Position numbers and translations under genes: made by a program. From an uncultured delta proteobacterium (GTDB taxonomy: Bacteria > Myxococcota > Myxococcia > Myxococcales > Anaeromyxobacteraceae), in assembly GCA_963766715.1 (NCBI GenBank), contig CAVYBH010000012.1, forward strand, positions 256,001 through 320,000: DNA of 64,000 bases. The letters are read 5' to 3'. This document shows, one piece after another, positions 43,595 through 53,065 of this stretch; the first letter of the stretch is position 1; each line of letters opens with the position of its first letter. Under the pieces are notes generated by a model. That model was not told the origin of the DNA. It saw only the letters and a list, made by a program, of their open reading frames with translations, and ran no database searches.

Positions 43595-43966
43595 ATGAGA
43601 AAGGTCCTCGCTCTCGCTGCCGCGGGTGAGATCACAACCGGATTGGCGTTGCTGATCGTGCCCTCGCTCGTCGGCCAGCTGCTGCTGGGCGAGGCGCTGG
43701 CCGGCGTCGCCATTCCGGTCGCGCGCGTGGCCGGAATCGCCCTGATCGGGCTAGGGATCGCCTGCTGGCCGGGCACGCCGCTCCTCGGCATGCTGACCTA
43801 CAGTTCCGCCGTCGCACTGTACCTCGCATACCTCGGCCTCACGGGCGTCTCGAGCGGCATCCTGCTCTGGCCCGCAGTCGTCGTTCACCTGGCCCTGACG
43901 GTGCTCCTGATCCGGGAGAGGGCAGGGGGCAGGGAGGCGAAAGCAGACGGGAGTGTTTCACCGTGA
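43595..43966 (+). CDS. small membrane protein (about 4 TM)
   Basis: Hydrophobic 123-aa ORF directly after the sulfatase. Confidence 0.7.
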   Translation: MRKVLALAAAGEITTGLALLIVPSLVGQLLLGEALAGVAIPVARVAGIALIGLGIACWPGTPLLGMLTYSSAVALYLAYLGLTGVSSGILLWPAVVVHLALTVLLIRERAGGREAKADGSVSP

Positions 43967-44012
43967 GAATCACCGCCTGGATACCCGGGCAAACGAAAGA
44001 GGGAGGAAGAAA

Positions 44013-44579
44013 ATGAAGCCACGTAATCTGGCCTACTGGATGGCAGCCGTTCTCGTCACTGGATGTGTGACGGAGGGCACGTACCAGAAGGAGGTCAAGA
44101 AGTCAGACACGCTCCAGTCCCAGAACGAGACCTACGAGAAGCTCAACACCGATCTCAAGTCCGAGGTCGCGACGGACCAGGTCCAGATCGAGCAGCTCCA
44201 GGGCAAGTTGAAGGTGACGATGGTGGACCAGATCCTCTTCCCCGAGGGCGGCTGGGAGGTTGGCCGGAAAGGCGAGGAGACGCTCGACAAGGTCATCCCC
44301 ACCTTCAAGACGCTGAAGGGCCAGCGCATCGAGATCGAGGGATTCACCGATAACGTGCCGATCGGCCCGGAATTGAAGAAGAGGTTCCCGTCCAACTGGG
44401 AGCTCTCCACGGCCCGGGCGACCGACGTGGTCCGTTACCTGGTGTCGAAGGGAGTGAGTCCGTCGCTCTTGTCGGCCTCCGGCTTCGGGGACACCCGGCC
44501 CGTGGCATCGAACGATACGGCCCAGGGTCGGGCGAAGAACCGCCGGATTGAGGTCATCATCCGGGCAGACAGCCCGTAG
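44013..44579 (+). CDS. OmpA/MotB peptidoglycan-binding lipoprotein
   Basis: Lipobox VTGC, coiled coil, EGFTDNVPI, NWELSTARA, NRRIEV. Confidence 0.9.
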   Translation: MKPRNLAYWMAAVLVTGCVTEGTYQKEVKKSDTLQSQNETYEKLNTDLKSEVATDQVQIEQLQGKLKVTMVDQILFPEGGWEVGRKGEETLDKVIPTFKTLKGQRIEIEGFTDNVPIGPELKKRFPSNWELSTARATDVVRYLVSKGVSPSLLSASGFGDTRPVASNDTAQGRAKNRRIEVIIRADSP

Positions 44580-44595
44580 GGCTCTGGTTTTCGTG

Positions 44596-46044
44596 ATGAG
44601 ACAGGTCGTCACCGTGGCCATGTTGGCCATCCTCGCCGGCTGGCCCGGTGTCGGCCTCGCCCAGGAGACGGAGTCGCCGCGGGCGTCCCCGGCCATCGAG
44701 GTGGCGCCCAGGGGAGATCGGATCCCGGGGAAGCAGGTGCTCCCACCCGCGCCGACGGACCCGGTGTGTACCGAGAGCCGGGACTGTGCCCTGCGCCTCG
44801 GGTACGGAAACGTCTGCGTGGAGGGGCGTGCGCACCCTACGCCGACCGCCGGGACATCATGGATCTCTTCACGAAGGTCCCGAAGGCGAACGCCCAGCCC
44901 CAGCCCTTCGTCCTCTACCCATCCATCATCCCGGCCATCGGCTACAACCCAGCACTGGGCTTCCTCATCGGGCTCGTCTCGAAGGCCGGCATGCTCCTCG
45001 GCGATGCGTCCGACACGACCATGTCGAGCGCGTCGCTGCTCGTCCTGCTGACGACGAACAAGCAACTCGTGCTGCAGCTCGGGACCACCATCCTCACCTC
45101 GCACGATGACTGGGAGTTCATCGGAGACTGGCGATTCCTGCTCTACAACCAGGAGACCTACGGGCTGTCCACGGGCACGCCTCTCACCTCCGACGTCGTT
45201 CTCGATCGCCGGCTGGGGGAGCACGACGCCGATTGACGGTGGCCAGCCCATGAAGTTCGACCTCCTGCGCTTCCACCAGGTCGGGCTCCGGAGAGTCTGG
45301 GGGGACCTCTACGTCGGTGCGGGCATCCGGATCGACCGGTACTACGGCATCGTGGACGAGTCGCTCGATCTCACGGCGCCATCGCCGGTCATCACGAGCC
45401 ATTACGCCTACAGCACGTATTACGGGTTCAACCCCCACGAGTACACGCTGTCCGGCATCACGTTGAACGCCGTCTACGACAGCCGGGATTCGACGATCAA
45501 CGCGTACCGGGGGATCTACACGCAGCTTGCCCTCGGGGGCTTCCCCACCTGGCTGGGGAGCAGCCAGGGAAGCACCATGGTCGGCATCGACTTTCGCGCG
45601 TACCTGGGGCTCTCGGACGCCGTGCCCCGGAACGTGCTCGCCTTCTGGGTGCTGGCGAGCGGCGTCACGAGCGGCGTCCAACCCTACCTGGCGCTGCCCT
45701 CGATCGGGTGGGACGCGGCCGGGACGACCGGGCGCGGCTACGTGCAGGGGCGCTTCCGCGGTCCTGCGGAGGTCTACGCCGAGGTCGAGTGGCGATTCCG
45801 GATCTCCGACAACGGGCTATTCGGGGGCGCCGTCTTCGCGAACGCGGAGACGTTCACGCGTCCCGCCTTCAGCTACTCGACGCTCAACCAACCGGCGGTG
45901 AACCTCTTCCAGTACGTGAAGCCGGCGGGTGGCGTCGGGGCCCGCATCATGATGAGCAAGGAATCCCGCACCAACCTCCGCGTGGACTTCGCGGTGGGAG
46001 TGGACTCGTGGGCCATCTACCTGGGCGCAGGGGAGGTGTTCTAA
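44596..46044 (+). CDS. Omp85/BamA-TamA-like outer-membrane barrel lacking POTRA domains (frameshifts near 44830 and 45200)
   Basis: PAIGYNPALG, YDSRD, GRGYVQGRFRG (RGY motif), NLRVDFA, GEVF end. Confidence 0.8.
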
Positions 46045-46115
46045 CTGGGCCGGCAGCGCCAGCGCCGGCCGTCTCAGGCACTCAGCCCCGGGCATTCTTG
46101 AGAGGAAACAACATC

Positions 46116-46946
46116 GTGCCTACATCCACATCAGGCCACCGGGCGCTCGCGGCTTCCGTTCTCATTGCACTCGGAACTTCGGCGCACGCCGTCGAGACCT
46201 CGGACGGGAAGCAGGAGGAGACCGAGAAGCTCGCCAGGGCGGCGCAGAACCCCGTTGCCGACATGATGAGCTTTCCGTTCCAGGACAACATCGGCTTCGG
46301 CTATGGCCCCGGGAACAAGGACGTCCAGAATGTCCTCAACATCCAGCCGGTCATCCCGCTGCACGTCACCGAGGACTGGAACGTCATCACCCGGACGATC
46401 CTGCCCATCGTCAGCCAGCCGAGCTTCACCGGCGGGGCGGGGACCACAGGGCTCGGCGACCTGACCCTCACCGCGTTCCTGTCACCGAGGAGCCCCGGCC
46501 ACCTGATCTGGGGCGTTGGTCCGGTGATGAGCTTCCCCACCGCCACCTCGCCCTTCACCGGCTCGCAGTCCACCTGGGGGCTCGGCCCTTCCGTGGTGGC
46601 GCTGGCCATGCCCGGCCATTGGGTGCTCGGCGTGCTGGTGAACCAGATCTGGTCGGTGGCTGGCGCGAGCGCGAGCCAGATGCTCGTTCAGTACTTCGTG
46701 AACTACAACTTCGAGGGAGGCTGGTACCTGACGACGTCCCCGATCCTGACCGCCGACTGGAAGGCCGCGTCGGGACAGCAGTGGGTGGTGCCTTTCGGGG
46801 CCGGTGGCGGAAAGATCTTCCGCATCGGCAAGCTGCCCTTCAACGGCAACGTGTCGGCCTACTACAACGCAGTGCGCCCCGACGTCGGACCTGAATGGAC
46901 GCTGCGCGTGCAACTCGCGCTGCTGCTCCCGACGTCGATCTTCTAG
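46116..46946 (+). CDS. outer-membrane beta-barrel, sulfatase-associated type
   Basis: AQNPVADMMSFPFQ, LNIQPVIP, GLGDL, VPFGAGGGK, WTLRVQL. Confidence 0.8.
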   Translation: MPTSTSGHRALAASVLIALGTSAHAVETSDGKQEETEKLARAAQNPVADMMSFPFQDNIGFGYGPGNKDVQNVLNIQPVIPLHVTEDWNVITRTILPIVSQPSFTGGAGTTGLGDLTLTAFLSPRSPGHLIWGVGPVMSFPTATSPFTGSQSTWGLGPSVVALAMPGHWVLGVLVNQIWSVAGASASQMLVQYFVNYNFEGGWYLTTSPILTADWKAASGQQWVVPFGAGGGKIFRIGKLPFNGNVSAYYNAVRPDVGPEWTLRVQLALLLPTSIF

Positions 46947-47058
46947 CGGTCATCACGAGCAAGGGAAGAAAGCTAACCGTGAGCGTGTCCAACACCGGCT
47001 ACAGGCACATGAACTGACGTCGACGGCGGTGCCTCGCGCGGTGGCCGAGGAGGGCAAG

Positions 47059-47262
47059 ATGAGTGCCTCGCTCCAGAAGACGTCGGTCCTCCTGCTGGCG
47101 TGCCTGGCGGCCACCCCGGCGCTCGCCGAGGACCCCTGCGGCGGCGACGTGCGACGGTTCTGCCCCGACGTGAAGGCCGGTGGGCCTCGCCTGCTTCTTC
47201 GACTTGTGATGACGCCACTTCGAGTCGTTCAACCCGCTGCACGAAAAGGAGGTTCCAGATGA
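47059..47262 (+). pseudogene. fragment of a secreted cysteine-rich-repeat protein
   Basis: Signal peptide then DPCGGDVRRFCPDVKAGG; frame degenerates after about 47185. Confidence 0.45.
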
Positions 47263-47858
47263 AGAAGATGCTCTTTGCGCTCGTCGCGCTGCTCGTCGGC
47301 CCGTTCGCGTATGCCCAGGCTCCGGCCACCCAGGCGCCCGTCGAGATGAAGGCCACCGGCACGCCCGGCAAGGCCGAGGCCGTCCGCACGCAGGTGCTCA
47401 CTGCGACCGTCACGGCCGTCGACCAGGCAACCCGGATGGTCACTCTCAAGGGTCCGGATGGGAAGACCCAGACCTTCAAGGCCGGTCCAGAGGTGAAGCG
47501 CCTCGCCGAGGTTGCCGTCGGCGACACCATCAGGATCGAGTTCCAGGAAGGGCTCGCCCTCGAGTTCCAGCCGGCGGGCACGGCTCCGGTCGCCCCCGAG
47601 GCCGCCGCAGTCGCCGACCGGGCGGGCCAGGAGCAGGTGCCGGGCGGAGCGGCCGCCGCGGGCGTGCGCGCCACCGTGACGGTCACCGCCATCGACATGA
47701 AGAATCGGATGGTGGTCTTCCAGGGCCCGGGCGGCAACCTCTACCAGGTGAAGGCCGGCCCCAAGATCCAGCTCGAGAAGCTCAAGGTCGGCGACAAGCT
47801 CCTCGCGACCTACGTCGAAGCCGTCGCAGTCAAGCTGGAGAAGTCGAAGAAGAAGTAG
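47259..47858 (+). CDS. secreted hypothetical protein with two OB-fold-like repeats
   Basis: Signal peptide; repeated TVTAVD...VTLKGPDG...VGD / TVTAID...FQGPGG...VGD; SD AGGAGG. Confidence 0.8.
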   Translation: MKKMLFALVALLVGPFAYAQAPATQAPVEMKATGTPGKAEAVRTQVLTATVTAVDQATRMVTLKGPDGKTQTFKAGPEVKRLAEVAVGDTIRIEFQEGLALEFQPAGTAPVAPEAAAVADRAGQEQVPGGAAAAGVRATVTVTAIDMKNRMVVFQGPGGNLYQVKAGPKIQLEKLKVGDKLLATYVEAVAVKLEKSKKK

Positions 47859-47966
47859 GCATGGCTTGGAACGGCGGACTGCCAAGCTCTCCTCGGAGGA
47901 TCGGATGCCGGAACAGGTCAGAGCCTGAGGAAGAGTGGAGACAGGTCAGTATTCGACAGGTTGAAC

Positions 47967-47985
47967 ATCCTGGCCCCGCAACCAG
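47967..47985 (+). repeat. att direct repeat: copy of tRNA-fMet 3' end
   Basis: ATCCTGGCCCCGCAACCAG, identical to 31386-31404. Confidence 0.9.
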
Positions 47986-47990
47986 GAAAG

Positions 47991-48033
47991 ACGCGGGTCT
48001 AGCCATCACGGCTGGGCCCGCGTGTCGCTTTTC
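47991..48033 (+). terminator. terminator-like hairpin after the att repeat
   Basis: ACGCGGGTCTAGCC-ATCAC-GGCTGGGCCCGCGT, then GTCGCTTTTC. Confidence 0.6.
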
Positions 48034-48233
48034 GGGTTCGCCGACCTCTACAGACGACCAAGTGTTGCCCGGCATCGCTCCTGCACCGTGAACATGAGCC
48101 AATCCTCATAAAATTCCCTCATTTCTCTTGTCGCGTCCTCACCGCACCGCGGGTTGATGCAGACAGACGGCAACGAACAAGGCCGCCAGTTGGCTCGAGC
48201 GGTTCCCAATCCAGACGCGGAGGTACCCGGAAC

Positions 48234-48444
48234 ATGTCGCAGTGCCTTCGATGCAGGCATTTCACGGGCTCCCGCGCCACGCCACTCGATGGGCGCGGGG
48301 CGGCGAGGCACTTCTTCGCGTGCACCGCCTTCCCTGCGGGGATACCGACTCCGATCTGGGAGGGGTCCTATGATCATGCGAATCCCACACCCAGGAGACT
48401 GCGGCGTGAGGTTCGAGCCCGCGGCACGGGCGCCCGGAACGTAG
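48234..48444 (+). CDS. small Cys/His protein CxxCxH...CxAFPxGIP...DHxxPxPGDxGxxFEP (frameshift near 48388)
   Basis: SD GGAGG; MSQCLRCRHF...CTAFPAGIPTPIWEGSYDHANP joins HPGDCGVRFEP in the adjacent frame. Confidence 0.65.
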
Positions 48445-48471
48445 GCCCGTTCGGTTCCCGGGTAGTCGCGG

Positions 48472-48500
48472 TTGCACCGTGATGATTCAGTTGTTACATC
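48472..48500 (+). promoter_or_regulatory. putative sigma70 promoter of chrB operon (leaderless arrangement)
   Basis: TTGCAC-N17-TACATC with TGn extension, 6 nt before GTG. Confidence 0.55.
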
Positions 48501-48506
48501 GTCGCC

Positions 48507-49520
48507 GTGCCCGCTTCCAGGCCTTCCGTGGCGGTCCAGGCGCCGTCGCCATCTGGCGAGGCCCGCTGGCTGCTCCTCATCCACCAGATCCCGCCCCGTC
48601 CCGCTTACCTCCGGGTGAAGACCGGACGGCAGCTCCAGCGCATCGGTGCGGTCGCGATCAAGAACTCGGTCTACGCACTTCCGGCGGGTGACGAGACCCA
48701 GGAGGATCTCCAGTGGGTCCTCCGGGAGATCGTGAAGGGCGGCGGCGACGCATCCATCGTCGAGGCCCGGTTCGTGGACGGCCTCTCGGCCAATCAGGTG
48801 GGGACCCTCTTCCAGGAGGCCCGGGAGGGGGACTACCGGGAGCTGGCAAGGGAGGCTCGCGAGGTCGCGTCCGCCCTGCCCGCCCGGGGCCCGCCTCCCG
48901 ACAACCGCCGCGTCGAGGCCGTCGGGCAGGTGGCCCGCCTCCGCCGGCGGCTCGCCGAGATAGCGGCCATCGACTTCTTCGGAGCTTCCGGGCGCGAGAT
49001 CGCGGAGGGACTCGTGGCCGGATTGGAGGAGCGCATGAGGCCGCAGATGGAATCCCCGAAACCCACCAGGGCCACCACGAGCGCGACGGAGGTCCAGGGG
49101 CGCACCTGGGTCACCCGTACCGGGATCAAGGTGGATCGGATGGCCAGCGCCTGGCTCATCCGGAAGTTCATCGACCCGAAGGCGCGCTTCAAGTTCGTTC
49201 CCGCCAAGGGGTACGAGCCGCGGAGGGGGGAGCTCCGGTTCGACATGTTCGAGGCGGAGTTCACCCACGAAGGCGACCTCTGCACCTTCGAGGTGCTGGT
49301 GCAGCGGTTCGGGCTCGCCGACCCCGCACTTCGCGCCGTGGCCGAGATCGTTCACGACATCGACGTGAAGGACGGCAAGTACGGTCGGGAGGAGGCGGCC
49401 GGCGTCTCGCAACTCGTCACCGGCATCGCCGCAGCCCACCCCTCCGACGAGGAGAGGCTCCACCGGGGCGCGGCGCTCTTCGACGACCTCCACGCGGCCT
49501 ACGGGGCCGCGAGGCACTGA
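48507..49520 (+). CDS. chrB: chromate resistance regulator ChrB
   Basis: WLLLIHQIPP...KNSVYALP N-domain; WVTR...DRMASAWLIRKFIDP...FTHEGDLCTFE...VHDID C-domain. Confidence 0.92.
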   Translation: MPASRPSVAVQAPSPSGEARWLLLIHQIPPRPAYLRVKTGRQLQRIGAVAIKNSVYALPAGDETQEDLQWVLREIVKGGGDASIVEARFVDGLSANQVGTLFQEAREGDYRELAREAREVASALPARGPPPDNRRVEAVGQVARLRRRLAEIAAIDFFGASGREIAEGLVAGLEERMRPQMESPKPTRATTSATEVQGRTWVTRTGIKVDRMASAWLIRKFIDPKARFKFVPAKGYEPRRGELRFDMFEAEFTHEGDLCTFEVLVQRFGLADPALRAVAEIVHDIDVKDGKYGREEAAGVSQLVTGIAAAHPSDEERLHRGAALFDDLHAAYGAARH

Positions 49521-49528
49521 GGTGAGCC

Positions 49529-50185
49529 ATGCATGCGTCCAGGATCGCTGGACTGGGCGTGGTCGTCATCGGCATCGTCGGAACGGCGCTGGCACAGGTC
49601 CCCTCGAGCACCTGGAACTTCCAGGATGACGAGGTGGGCAGTGCGCCTGCGGGCTTCACCTTCGCCCTGACGGGCAGCGGCAGGCCCGGGAAGTGGGTCG
49701 TGCTCGTGGACGCGACCGCCCCGGCCGGCGACCACGTCCTTGCCCAGGTCGACACCGACGACACGGACGACCGCTTCCCCGTGGCCGTCGCCTCCGCGCC
49801 GCTCCTGAAGGACCTCCGGCTGGAGGTCCGCTGCAAGCCGGTGAGCGGCAAGACCGACGAGGCGTGCGGCCTGGTCTTCCGGTTCCAGGACGCCGACGAC
49901 TACTACGTCGTCCGCGCCAACGCGCTGGAGGACAACGTCCGCCTCTACCGCGTCGTGCGTGGCCACCGGACGCAGATCTCGGGCTGGGACGGGAAGGTCG
50001 CCCGGGGCGCCTGGCACGCGCTCGCCATCGAGGCCCGGGGAGACAGGCTCAAGGTCGTCTGGAACGGGAGGGCGATCATCGATGCCACCGACGGAACCTT
50101 CTCGCAGGCGGGAAGGGTCGGCGTGTGGACGAAGGCGGACTCCGTCACCTACTTCGACGCCCTCGTGGCGACGCCGATGGACTGA
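49529..50185 (+). CDS. secreted concanavalin/DUF1080-like beta-sandwich protein
   Basis: Signal peptide; GLVFRFQDADDYYVVRANALEDNVRLY, GRVGVWTKADSVTYFD. Confidence 0.8.
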   Translation: MHASRIAGLGVVVIGIVGTALAQVPSSTWNFQDDEVGSAPAGFTFALTGSGRPGKWVVLVDATAPAGDHVLAQVDTDDTDDRFPVAVASAPLLKDLRLEVRCKPVSGKTDEACGLVFRFQDADDYYVVRANALEDNVRLYRVVRGHRTQISGWDGKVARGAWHALAIEARGDRLKVVWNGRAIIDATDGTFSQAGRVGVWTKADSVTYFDALVATPMD

Positions 50186-50200
50186 GAGGAGTGGACGTCC

Positions 50201-51248
50201 ATGTCACAATCCTCGCTCACCCCGATCTGCGCGGCGATCCTGGTGCTCTCAATCACCCCGATTCGCTCGTCGGCGCAGTCCCCCGAGCTGGCCATGCGGG
50301 AGTTCGCCTCGGGCCAGATCAAGAAAGGGGTCCGCTCCATCGGCTTCGGCGGCGACGGCGCCACCTGGGGCAACTACGCGCTCGTCTACCGGGACGCCGG
50401 CGGCGCGCTCGTCGACTACGGTCGAACGGGCTACACGGACGGGAACGTCTTCTCCTTCGTCGCGGTCGGCGTGACCACCCCCGACCTGTGGCAGGGGCTC
50501 GCCGTCTACGGCATCGGCCTCGCCGAGCACGCCACCGGCGTCGCGGTCACGCTCCACTCCCCGGGCCTGGGCGCGGGTGGGGTGCCCTGCCGGGGCGACG
50601 GCGCGGACCAGGCCCTCTTCTTCAAGCTGGCCATGCCGCTCGGCCACGGGTTCTCGGTCGGTGCGCTGCTCTCCTATGAGACGTCCCAGTTCGACGCCGT
50701 ACCCGCCGACGGCGCCCCCGGATACGTGCGGTACAAGACGAGCTGGCGCCCGTCCGGTGGGTTCGGCGTCACGTGGCAACCCTGGGACCAGCTCCTCGTG
50801 GGGGTTCGCGCGCTCTTCAACAACGACTGGGAGAGCCGGACCGACCCATCGGGAACGACGGAAGGCCTCGCCCGGTCGTACGAGTTCCGGGCCGGGGCCT
50901 CGTTCTCCCCGTGGAAGGGAGGGGATTGTCGACGCGGGCGTGACCGTTCTCGACCGCTGGAACGGCATCGCGGGCAGTCACACGGTCGAGGTCGGGCCCA
51001 ACGTGGGCATCGAGCAGGCCCTGTTCGACTCCCACCTGGTCGTCCGCGGCGGCCTGGACGAGCAGTCGCCCACCGGCGGGCTCTCCATCCGGTTCCAGCC
51101 CGTCGCGCTCGACTTCGCATACGTCCACGACATGGCCATCTCGCGCGTCGGCCCGCTGTTCGGGACCACGAACAACGCGGTCCTCTTCACCTTCACCTTC
51201 GACTACCAGCGCATGCTGCTCGCGTCCTCGGCGACGGCGGCACGCTGA
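50201..51248 (+). CDS. hypothetical outer-membrane barrel-like protein (frameshift near 50920)
   Basis: Signal peptide, RSIGFGG, alternating aromatic strands, VLFTFTFDY near the end. Confidence 0.65.
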
Positions 51249-51303
51249 GCCGGTGGCATGAATGCTCCCTCCTGACGTCAAGCGTGAGGTGGCGCCATGC
51301 GCC

Positions 51304-52431
51304 ATGACGGAGTTCCTCCTCTACTTCGTCCGACTCGGGACCTTCGGCTTCGGGGGACCCATCGCGCTCGCCGGCCACATGCAGAAGGACCTGGTCGAGG
51401 ACCGACGGTGGATCTCGAAGCAGGACTACCTGGAAGGGCTCGCGCTCGCCCAGCTGATGCCCGGGCCGCTCGCCGCCCAGCTCGCCATGTACCTCGGCTG
51501 GGTGCGGGCCCGGGTGCTGGGCGCCACGCTCGTCTCGGCCGCGTTCATCCTTCCCTCCTTCGCGATGACCGTCGCGCTCGCGGTCGCGTACGTCCGCTAC
51601 GGCGGCCTTTCCTGGATGCAGGGGGCCTTCTACGGGATCGGGGCCGCAGTCATCGCCATCATCGCCCGGAGCGCGTGGAAGCTGACGAGGCTGACGCTGA
51701 AGACGGACTTCCTGCTCTGGGGAATCTTCCTCGCCACCGGTGTCATCACGGCCGTGACCGAGTCGGAGATCGTCTGGGTGTTCCTGGGCGGGGGGCTCCT
51801 GGCGATGCTCGTCCGGAACCCACCTCGCCTTGGGCGCGCGCCGCCGGCCACGCTCGCGCTCCTGCCGCCCTGGCTCGTCACCGGTCTCGCAGGGCCGGCG
51901 CCGGACGTGCTCTGGAGAATCCTCGCCTACTTCGTCGAGGCGGGAGCCTTCGTCTTCGGGAGCGGGCTCGCCATCGTGCCCTTCCTCCACGGGGGCGTCG
52001 TGAACCGGTTCCACTGGCTCACGGAGCGGCAGTTCGTGGACGCGGTGGCCGTCGCGATGATCACGCCGGGGCCGGTGGTCATCACCGTGGCCTTCATTGG
52101 GTATCTCGTGGCGGGGTTCGCGGGCTCGTTCATGGCCGGGCTCGGCGTGTTCCTCCCGACGTACCTCTTCGTGGTGATCCCGGCCCCGTTCTACCGGCGC
52201 ATCGCGAAGAGCACGCGCATCGCGACGTTCGTCGCCGGGGTCACCGCGGCGGCCACGGGCGCCATCGCGGGCGCCGCCGTCGTTCTCGGGCGCCGGGCCA
52301 TCGTGGACCTGCCGACCGCGGCCATCGCCCTGGTCACGCTCGCGCTCCTGACCTGGACGAGGAACGTGCCCGAGCCGCTCCTCATCCTGGCGGCTGGGCT
52401 CGCAGGAGTCCTTCTCCGAGGCGCCTGGTGA
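51304..52431 (+). CDS. chrA: chromate efflux transporter ChrA (two-domain); start may be slightly upstream
   Basis: FGFGGP, LAQLMPGP, FVFGSG, AMITPGPV, VFLP motifs. Confidence 0.93.
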   Translation: MTEFLLYFVRLGTFGFGGPIALAGHMQKDLVEDRRWISKQDYLEGLALAQLMPGPLAAQLAMYLGWVRARVLGATLVSAAFILPSFAMTVALAVAYVRYGGLSWMQGAFYGIGAAVIAIIARSAWKLTRLTLKTDFLLWGIFLATGVITAVTESEIVWVFLGGGLLAMLVRNPPRLGRAPPATLALLPPWLVTGLAGPAPDVLWRILAYFVEAGAFVFGSGLAIVPFLHGGVVNRFHWLTERQFVDAVAVAMITPGPVVITVAFIGYLVAGFAGSFMAGLGVFLPTYLFVVIPAPFYRRIAKSTRIATFVAGVTAAATGAIAGAAVVLGRRAIVDLPTAAIALVTLALLTWTRNVPEPLLILAAGLAGVLLRGAW

Positions 52432-52501
52432 CCAGCAGGATGGGAGGACCGCACATGCCCAACATCGTCGTGAATGCGTTCCTGACGCGCGTCGGGAAGC
52501 C

Positions 52502-52858
52502 ATGCTCACCGTGACCTGCCACTGCGGCGCCGTCCGCGTCGAGGTGCCGCGGAAGCCCCGCGTCCTCACGGCGTGCAACTGCTCGATCTGCGTCCGCTAC
52601 GGAGCGCTGTGGGCGTACTACCGGAGGGATGCAATCCGGGTGACGGCCGTCCGCGGGGCGACCGAGACCTACTCCTGGAGCCGCAAGAGCATCCGCTTCG
52701 TCCGCTGCCGGACCTGCGGCTTCGTCACGCACTACGAGCGGACCAGCGCGAAGGCCGAGCAGGGCGCCGTGAACGCCCGGGGCTTCCCGCTGGACGTCCT
52801 CGAGTCCATCCGGGTGCGCCGGCTGGACGGCGCGAGGACCCTGAAGTACCTCGACTGA
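52502..52858 (+). CDS. GFA/CENP-V family zinc protein
   Basis: CHCG, CNCSIC, CRTCG, AVNAR. Confidence 0.88.
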   Translation: MLTVTCHCGAVRVEVPRKPRVLTACNCSICVRYGALWAYYRRDAIRVTAVRGATETYSWSRKSIRFVRCRTCGFVTHYERTSAKAEQGAVNARGFPLDVLESIRVRRLDGARTLKYLD

Positions 52859-53065
52859 TCGCGGAGGGCCGGGGCGCGCGATGGGCTCGCCGGCAAGTGC
52901 CGGCATTGCCTCCGTCTTTTCCGGTCAGCGGCCTTTGGCCCCCAAGTGTCCACACTCGGATGCGGAGCGCTCGAGGCCGTCCGGGCGTTGGCACAATCGG
53001 ACGTCATCGAGTGTGAGGTGGAGAGGATTCATTTGCCCGGAACACGGGTCGGAAAGGGAACGAAG

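Noticed and set aside
47861..48091. 76-aa ORF spanning the att site
   Set aside because: Overlaps the tRNA-derived repeat and hairpin, has atypical codon use and no motif.
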